Shown: piece by piece, positions 54,777-64,000 of the stretch
Layout of the letters: each line of letters begins with the position of its first letter
Position numbering within the stretch: position 1 is the first letter of the stretch
DNA from: Octopus vulgaris
Lineage: Eukaryota
Length of the DNA stretch: 64,000 nucleotides
Reading direction: 5' to 3'
Assembly (NCBI GenBank): GCA_951406725.2
Contig: OX597814.1
Span: forward strand, 82,150,001-82,214,000
Translations under genes and position numbers: made by a program
Notes under the pieces: generated by a model
The model's database searches: none
What the model saw: the letters and a program-made list of their open reading frames with translations, nothing else
What the model was told of the DNA's origin: nothing

Positions 54777-54984
54777 GTGTGTGCGTGTCTTTGTGTCTAT
54801 GTTTGTCCCCATCACCGCTTGACAATCGGCGCTGGTGTGTTTACATACCCGTAACTTAGCGGTTCGACAAAACAGACCAATAGATTCATTCCACTTAAAA
54901 TTCTTCAAGTAAAAGATAAATTATATGCATATATAATCCTCCACTGAAGTCGGCGCATACACATACTTTCTTAAAGATTTCCTT

Positions 54985-55109
<125 letters not shown>

Positions 55110-55452
55110 CACACGCAGTAACTAACTTACTAACAAAGTAACATAATACCTGAAACAGAGAATTGATCACCTGTCTGGAACAGAGGATAACCAGGCTTTC
55201 AGGTGAATTCAAATTCTTTCTGGTTTGTTAACTTCCAGATTTTGGGGCTCTTACTTTAAGATTGCTTGTTTCTTCTTTCCCACATTACTCGTCCAGCTCA
55301 TGACTGAGATATCATTCATCATCATTATTAACGTTGTTGTTGTTGCTGGAGTAGCTATAATTATTAAGGTTGCAATGATAGATACATACATACATACATA
55401 CATACATACATGCATGCATGCATATACACCTGTATATATAAATATATATACA

Positions 55453-56010
55453 CTAGCAGCTAAGCCCGGTTTCACCCGGTTGCTTTGGATGATGTGGCTG
55501 TAAAACCTGCTCTGTGTATGACTTCGACTTCTTTGGGCACGCTTACGTTAAAAAAGAATTTTAGAACGACGTTTTTCTGTCAAAACGCTAAAAATAACTG
55601 ACCAACAACAAAAAAACCAAGATTCAACCAAATCAAAACATAAACTCAAATAATCAGCGAACAAAGATGAACCATCTCCCTTCCATTGTGCGCGCACATG
55701 CACGCACACAAACACACACACACACACATTCACATACCCCCTTTTACATACACACATATATACACACAGAGTTGAAACGCTCACCCCTTCCTTCCTTATT
55801 CATTTATCACCCCTTCCTTTCTAATTCATAAACACAAGAGTATTATTATAGTAGATTATCTCGGTAACCATGGGAGCCATGAAAAAAAAGCCCATCAACA
55901 CCACCGGATCATTCTACACATCTATGTAATTTTCCGCGCAATTCCACCAAGCCGTTTGACCGTGAATCCCAAGACAAGAAAGAATCGCCCATATCAAATG
56001 TTATATATGT
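55453..56010 (-). mobile_element. Non-autonomous Helitron
   Basis: Minus-strand 3' end CCGGGTGAAACCGGGCTTAGCTGCTAG|t; 5' end decays into (TA)n. Confidence 0.7.
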
Positions 56011-56364
56011 GTATATATATAGGTGTGTGTGTGTGTAAATATAAATGTAAGATCCAAGGATCGAGGTGTGGGAAGAAAGTTAGCTTTAAGCAATCTGTAG
56101 TAAATATAAAAAACACCTTTCAGGAACAATGGTGGTTTATTTTATGTAGCCCGGATCTTACCAACGCCATTCCTTAACTCTTTTAAATATACGTATATAC
56201 ACATATATTCATATATATACACATATATATACATATATATACACATATACACACACACATATACATATCTATACACATATATATATACATATATATATAT
56301 ACACACATATATACATATATATACACACACATATATACATACATATACACGCATATATATATAC

Positions 56365-56524
<160 letters not shown>

Positions 56525-56741
56525 GGATTTTTGTCAGTGAACAGGTCGCGGTCTTATAGCGACGAAAATATTTTGACAAATTATACTTAAATGTTGAAGT
56601 GAATCGAACGGCTTTTGTGTGTTTCTTAAATGGCTTGCAAACACCTTCCACGCTGCAATTGTTTTCGTTTCAGCACACCATCTCAGATCAAATCACTTGC
56701 TATGTAAGTACATCTCCATATATATATATATATATATATAT

Positions 56742-56941
56742 AAAGTTAATCCAAACAGAAAACAAAAAAGACAACAACGCAAGGAGGTGGAACAATTAAA
56801 GTATTATTAGGCGGTCAGGAAAAAAGGGGAGAAGGGGGTATGACGTTTCGAGCGGAGCTCTTCGTCGGAAACATAAGAGAAAGAAAGATCCCGAGGTGGG
56901 AGGACAGAGAGGAAAAAAAATGCAAGTGGTCTCACGAGGTC

Positions 56942-56942
<1 letters not shown>
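56742..56942 (-). mobile_element. Solo ~200-bp PLE pLTR / retrozyme-like insert within (TA)n
   Basis: Same architecture as 43190-43372; contains a hammerhead motif. Confidence 0.7.
56839..56876 (-). ncRNA. Minimal hammerhead ribozyme motif, variant core CCGACGA
   Basis: Minus strand TATGTTT-CCGACGA-A-GAGC(TCC)GCTC-GAAACGTC-ATA. Confidence 0.6.
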
Positions 56943-57023
<81 letters not shown>

Positions 57024-57036
57024 TACATATATAGAT

Positions 57037-57107
<71 letters not shown>

Positions 57108-57558
57108 CTCACTCGCGTTCTATAAACCACACACACACACGAATCTATTCACAAGGCTATGGCCGACCCGATGTAGAAAAGACTTGCCCAATGTGCCAAT
57201 CTGTTGGACTATACCCGGAACCAATCGGTTGGGAAGCAAACTTCTTACCAGATTGGCACACAGTTCGAGTTATACATACACATAAGAAAAACAGAGAGGA
57301 GATAGAGACAGAATAAAGAAAGAGAGAGAAAGAGAGGGGGAGGAAGGAAGGAAGGAAGGAAGGAAAGAAGGAAAGAAGAATGAGAGAAAGTGAGCGCGAT
57401 AAAGAGATGGGAAAATGAACAAAGATAAGGAAATGGAAAGAGAAAGGAAGAGAGAGAGAGAGAGAGAGTCGGAAAAGGGAAAGTAAGAGAGAAAAAGAAA
57501 AAGTGATAGAGGGCATAAGGAAAAATTAAAACCCAATTAAGGAGGAAATACCTGCTTA

Positions 57559-57630
<72 letters not shown>

Positions 57631-58446
57631 GCGGAGGAGGAGGAGGAGGAGGGGAGGGGAGGGGAAGTAGTAGTTAGAAGAGCATAATGTTTGTGTGTGT
57701 GTGTGTGAACGCGTGCGCAGGTAGTGAGTGGTCTGTGGTGGTGAAAAGTTGTGGTAGTATGTGCAGGTGATAGCTGTGGTGGTAGTGATGACGGCAGGGC
57801 GACGGTGGGATGAGGCCCTTGACAAAATGTAAGAGAAGGATATTTTTATTGAACAATATGAATAGTGAAAGGAGGGAGGAAGAGAGAGAGAGAGAAAGAG
57901 GCGGAGAAAGAGAAGTGTGCCGTGAAGGGGAGGTAAAAAGGGGAGACAGAGGGAGAAGCGTGCCGTGACGGGAATGAAGAAAGGAGAGCGTGAGGGACAG
58001 CAGGGGTGGAAGAGTGGGAAGGAGCACGAGTGTCACAGGCGACGATTGTTATTTTGTTCTTAATATTTTCATTGTTGTTATTTAACTCCGAGTCAACCTT
58101 GACATCCATCTCCCAATAATCAATAGTAATCCATCCTTGACCACCCCGTCTTTTTAGGGCTACCTAGGACGAGGGTTTGTACCATATATAACGCCAATGT
58201 ATAAACGCCAAGTTATAATGTGTGTATGTTTGTAAGGCAGAAAGGGAGATTTTCTTTTGAAAGAGAATTTAGCTGTTATTTCTAGTACATCGAGCGACCA
58301 CTTAGAGGCATCCTCGATGCATATATATTATACATATATCTTTTATCTGTTACTTGTTTCAATCATTGGACGGCGGCCCTGCCGGGGCAGTATATATATG
58401 TACACACACACACACATCCATATTATATATATATATATATATATAT

Positions 58447-58486
<40 letters not shown>

Positions 58487-58650
58487 TATATATATAAAGC
58501 AGGCGTGACCGTGTGGTAAGTCGCTTCAGCTTCCTTCCCTACCACATGGTTCCAGGTTCAGTCCCATTGCGTGTTACCTTCCACTGTAGCCTCGGTCAGA
58601 CCAAAGCCTTGTGAGTGGATTTTGTACGCGGAAACTGAAAGAAGCTCGTC

Positions 58651-58705
<55 letters not shown>

Positions 58706-59415
58706 AGTGAGGAGGTTAGTTGAGAGAGTTAAACAGTTATTTCTAGTACATCAAGCGACTACTCAGACATCCTCGTTTGGCCTTTGAGCGTGCTATTGCT
58801 GTAATGTTCTTGGTTTAATGCTGTTGTGATCAGGATTCTTTAACTCCTGTTTTCTCCCTTGTTTGACCAGACTTATGATCAAAGCTGTTCCAGCTGTGGC
58901 CTCGAAGTACATTTGCTAATCTGTACTCCCTTTTCATTTTTTTCTTTGTTTTTGTTAGTTTGTTATTTAGAACAGCGTGGATTGAAAGGCAACTAGCTGT
59001 AACTTCTAGCAGGTTGAATGATCGTGTATACGCAGAAGTTGTATGCTGGTTGAAGTGGTGGTGGTGGTGGTGGTGATTGTGGTGGTGGTAACGTTGTTGA
59101 CGGTGGTGGCATGAAAGTGTGTGAGTGTGTGTGCGTGTGCGTTTGCGAGTGTTCTGGCGTTCATAGCGGTGTGGAGGGGAGTTACTCGTCGCCGTGGTGC
59201 CTTATGGAGGAAATAGAAGGTTAGGTAAAGAAAGAAAGAAAAAAAATAGGAAAAAAAACTATCAGTAAGTAGCGGTAGGTGGGGGAGAGCAAACAATAGC
59301 CCGACAGCATGTGGTTGAACAGAAGTAGAAGGAGGAAGAGAGAGAGAAGAGAAAAAAAAAACAGAAGAAAAAGGTAAGATGTGTTGTAGGGGAGCTAATG
59401 GGGCGACACCCGTGA

Positions 59416-59490
59416 TATATAAAGTCACACCGCTGCACTGTAGTCACTCAAATTCTGTACGCCTGCTTAGATAGATGCGTACAGGTACGT
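59416..59490 (+). promoter_or_regulatory. Candidate TATA core promoter, Inr-like site and 5' splice donor
   Basis: TATATAAAG 59416-59424 in a GC-rich context; TAGTCACTCA about 30 bp downstream; CAG|GTACGT at 59484/59485. Confidence 0.4.
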
Positions 59491-62400
59491 TCTGAACTAA
59501 ACATAACGAACGCACACACACGCACACAGGCACACACACTGATTAATATATATATATATATGTTTGCATACACACATGCTCACAGGTGAACACGGCGTCA
59601 GATAACTGATATATTAAATTATTTGTACATGCATATAACTGATACGTATATGTAAATATATACACACACAAATAACATATTTATATGTAATATATCTACT
59701 CGTTTATATCTATATATATAAATATATATATTTGTATATAAATATAGGCACATCTAGTCAATGTACACGCAAATACATTCATGTAATTATATATGTATAT
59801 AATTATACACATACATACTCACTTTAATGCATCCGTATGTTGATATATTTGCTAATAAATATACGTATTAAATGTTTATGTTTTCAAATTTGATTACATA
59901 GCACCAAAAAGCCAAAAAAAAAAAAACAATTATAAGACTAACATTACAAAAGTTACTGATTATCAAATCTAATCTTGTTTAAGTACAGGTATAAAAATCC
60001 ACTTTTATACATCTATATCTACACCTGCTCTCTACATTATATATATATACAACCATACATACGTAACATAAATACTTATAAATATGCATGCATATATACT
60101 CGTGTGTACCACTATACAGACATAAGTTAGGAGTTTTGTCTCTATGTGTACATACATGCTTATGCATGTATGTATATATGCATATATGTATGTATATTTG
60201 TGAGTTATCAACGAAAGAAACTTAACTCATCTCGGACTTAAGAAACAGAAAAACAAAGAAAAACTCCCTTGAAGCTTATCGATTGACGGATTTTATTTTT
60301 ATTTAGCTGACTTATTATCGATCTGTTTTTTTAAAAAAAGAGATCTTATCGTTCTCATTGGAAATATCACAATTTCTCGGATTTTATCTGTGTTGTTAAT
60401 ATTTATTATTTAATTTTCATCTATTGCCACTTCTATTGTCGTTTTTATCATTATTCTAATTACTATTAAAATTATTTCAACGCTAATTTCTTTGCTTCGT
60501 ATACGTTCGAACTGTTTAAATGCCTCGGTCATTCTTAATCAAAAAACGGAATATAACATCGGAGGAGATTCTCTTGTCGGCCAAATTACAAAATGCTCTG
60601 GAGAAAGAGTGCTGGCGGGATGTCCCCAAGATTGAGCAGGATAAAAATTTTCGACTTAATGATCTTCGAGCAAATGGTGAGTGGCATTTCGGTAATTTTT
60701 CCCCAGTGTTGTCATAACTTTCTTTGTTAGTTTTCTTAGTATTCCCTTAAATCTCCGATTAATGTGTTCTGTTCGAAGCTCTAGATATTTCGTCTTCCCG
60801 CATCAAATTAATATTCAAAAACATCTTTGGTCTCGCCAACATAATCTTTGTACTGTTATCGCTTCTCATAGCAGCATTGTTATTTCTACCGTTTTTTAGT
60901 TGTTATATCTACTGCAGTTATTTGTTCGAATTATTCTTGATATTTTGTATAGTAGTCCAATCATGCCATCCTATTTAACACCATTACCTGGTCTTTAGGA
61001 GCATTTAGACATGTTCACTTTGTGGCAAGTATTCGAACCAATCATTTACATTATTGGTCTGCAGATGTTCTGGCTGGGCTTCTGCTCCGTTCCTCTCAAC
61101 AGTGTAGGAGGACCTACGAGCGTTAGGGACAATGTCCTCTAATGTTAGGGACACCGTCCTCTCCTTGTCGGACTCCCATATTTCTCGGGGTTGAAGACAC
61201 TTTTATCTCAAAGATGCACCCTTATTTTGACTTGGAATTTTTCTAAAGAGGATAACATAAAAACATGGCTGTGGTTTAGCAACATATCGGTCCTATTACT
61301 TATAGTCTTCATTTTGTTTTCTTACCGTTTGGAGACACAATCAGTTTAGCATACCTTCTTTGGGATTAGAACAGGCGTATGAAAATTATAAACTTCGTCC
61401 TCTTGGATGCACGGCAAACTTTTGAGTCGCATTCAAGGGAAAATATAAGTTGCCGTACTCTCGAAGCCGAGAGTACCGCAACTTATAAAAAAATAAAAAA
61501 CGAAAACGAAATTAGTGAAATAATTATGCAGTTTTGTCTTTGTAAGTTCTGAATTCAAATTCTACCTAATCAAATGTTTCTTAATCTGAGGAGTTTGTTA
61601 AAATATACACAAGTAATGTATACAATCCAGTGTACTCTACCCTTCTCTTACTTCCCCATTTCCAAAATAAAGTTTATTGAACATTTCTTTTCTAAAATCA
61701 GCATAAGAAGAAATAGCGTTTGTCGCAAAACAAGTGATAAATCGTTACGCGTACGAGCTGTTTTCGATCCTTGTTTCAAGTCCATTTACTTCACTTACGT
61801 AATCAATATTTAATCTGAATGGTACAATTTCTGTCACTCGTCTAAATTCTATAGAACTTTGCTCCAAGTGAAAATATTGAAAATTTCCCAAAGCATGATG
61901 ATCGCTGTTATTCATTCGTACAAAGAGGGTCCCAACGAGCCTTGAAAGTGATAAACTCCAAGCCAACTGATTCAGTGAAACGGCTTCCATTCCCCGTTGA
62001 AATTAATTAATTTCAGTACACTCGTACCTATTAATCCATGAACCCCGTAAAAAGTGTAGTTTTCTGTCCTCTGAAAACATACATGTCTTGTGTTCAATAA
62101 AAAGAAACTGAAGTAGTTGTTTCATCCTAGAAACCATGATCAAGCAAATCTTTCATCGTAGATGTTTTGATCATCCACCATCTCATCTTTTTTTCTTTAT
62201 CAGGCAAAGCATATCTAGGACTACATTATTTAATATATCCTTCCTTTTTTAAGATGATATGATTTTTGAGCGACATTTTGGTTGATATTTCTTTCAGATT
62301 TTTGTATAGACCTGCAATATATTGGCTCCTCCATTTAGAAATTCCATCGAATTAAAGGCAGATCAAACTACACATGTTTGCAGTAATTTTATACCACTTA

Positions 62401-63110
62401 TACGATTAACGTCCCAACGAAAGGAATAAACATTTCAATATCGCACTATGTCGCTTTTATGTATAAATCTTACATTTTACGCCCGCAAACGGAGCGGGTA
62501 ACGAAATGTCATAGGCTACGATAAATAGCTTCCGGTGAGTTGACTTTGCGACCAAATTTCGATTCCTGGTCTCAGCAATTCAAGTAAGTTCACTAATGTC
62601 ATCGATAAACAAATAATGTCATAACATACGGTACAAGATTAATGTGTAAGATAACTAAATTACAGTACAGGACCTCGGAATTCGAAATAGTTAAAAGGCA
62701 CATACGTTTCAAATATTTGTGAGATCTTCAAGGATAATATGTTAACAAGCAACTACTAAGGTTTATATACGCAACTTTGGGTTTGACCAAGTCTAAATGC
62801 GGCCCTGGTGGCATTTTGTTCTCATAAAAAGTTAACGTAAACTAATGTTTGAAAAAGATTGTTCGTTTTTTCTTTTGGTTTTGCCTTTTCACTGAGTTGA
62901 ACATGCTTGTGCCCATGTTTGAGTATACCTTAACGGCACAAGCTTATGTCAATGCAACAAATAGTTATCAAGATTACGAATTATTCCACACTCATGTTCA
63001 AAAAGCATCATTGTTAATCATGTTTGTGTTTCAATGAATCATTATTCATTTGTGTAGTTACCTATTTATTTATGGAGAAAAGAGCCATGTAAGTGTGGCT
63101 GTATGAATAG

Positions 63111-63266
63111 GCACAGGGATGACTGTGTGGTTAAGAAGCTGGCTTACCGACTATGTGGTCTTGGGTTCAGTCCCACTACGCGACACATTTAGCAGGTGTC
63201 ATCTACTATAGCCTCGCACCAACCAAAGCCTTGAGAGTGGATTTGGTAGGCAGAAACCGAAACAAG

Positions 63267-63337
<71 letters not shown>

Positions 63338-63500
63338 TCTATTTGTATTGTCCTATTTATGTCTTTCTATTTGTGTTTCCCACTACCGCTTGACAACCAG
63401 TGTTGGTTAGTTTACGTTCCTGTAACTTAGCGGTTCGGCAAAAATGAACGAGAGAATATGTGCCTGTTGTACAAATAAGTACTGGAGTAGATTTTTTCGA
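63111..63500 (+). mobile_element. SINE family B copy
   Basis: GGGTTCAGTCCCACT..ACCAAAGCCTTG..(TG)n..GTAACTTAGCGGTTCGGC. Confidence 0.85.
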
Positions 63501-63566
63501 TTAAATCAGGGGTTCTCAGCCATATTTTTTTACTTAAGGACCCCTTTGATTACAATATTACTCTGG

Positions 63567-63804
63567 CGGTTTACAGGTAAGTTCACCGCCATCAATTCAC
63601 TGTGAAGAAAGTTCACCGCGAGGAAAGCTTACCGAGAAAACATATCCATAGTATCCCACTCACCATTAATAGTTAAAAACTATGATACTTTATTAAAGAA
63701 AAAAAACGAGAGAAATATTGAATTCGAAAAATTATGTCAAAAACTTCGTACGTTGAACTTACCCTGCGGTGAATTGATGACGGTGAACTTACCGGGTATG
63801 ACTG
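63567..63804. mobile_element. MITE with internally repeated TIRs and 3-bp TSD (TGG), inserted in a hAT-like MITE starting at ~63508
   Basis: GGTAAGTTCACCGCCATCAATTCAC / GTGAATTGATGACGGTGAACTTACC; TGG at 63564-63566 and 63805-63807; host begins CAGGGGTTCTC. Confidence 0.7.
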
Positions 63805-64000
63805 TGGTGGATCTCCATAGCCATTTAATGTTTATAAAAACTAAGTTTATAGATATTTCTTTCAAAATTTCTAGTTTGTTATTCATACATTGACTTGTAT
63901 AGGTTGTATTAATATAAAATACTAGGGAAAGAAACCTTGCTGTTTCTTGCAATGCATCCATTTAAATCAAATCTTTTCATGAATGTTTAAAATACTTCAG

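Noticed and set aside
60480-62000. Possible exon (donor-like AATG|GTGAGT near 60676) or LINE remnants
   Set aside because: No convincing acceptor or recognisable protein motif; too degenerate to call

Overview
AT-rich, non-coding animal genomic DNA saturated with microsatellites ((TA)n, (CA)n, (TACA)n, (TAG)n, (AAT)n). The tRNA-derived SINE families resemble those I know from Octopus (coleoid cephalopod); this is inference, no search was run. I find no intact host protein-coding gene, and nearly all ORFs in the track are microsatellite artefacts. The real coding similarity is all transposon debris: Helitron Rep/PIF1 helicase fragments and several non-autonomous Helitrons, R4/Dong-type LINE C-termini, two Penelope-like retroelement (PLE) types, two mariner halves, and faint DIRS and piggyBac remnants. 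Several MITEs retain TIRs and TSDs. The most interesting signals are: (i) short microsatellite-embedded inserts with canonical or variant minimal hammerhead ribozyme motifs, one still attached to a Neptune-type PLE; (ii) a 388-bp fold-back of a PLE RT; (iii) small unique islands with clustered Su(H)/HES/proneural E-box motifs, a consensus CTCF motif, and a candidate TATA promoter with a short first exon at about 59.4 kb. Together these suggest the window may be the upstream regulatory region of a neural or Notch-responsive gene. Coordinates were read by eye, and degenerate element boundaries are approximate.
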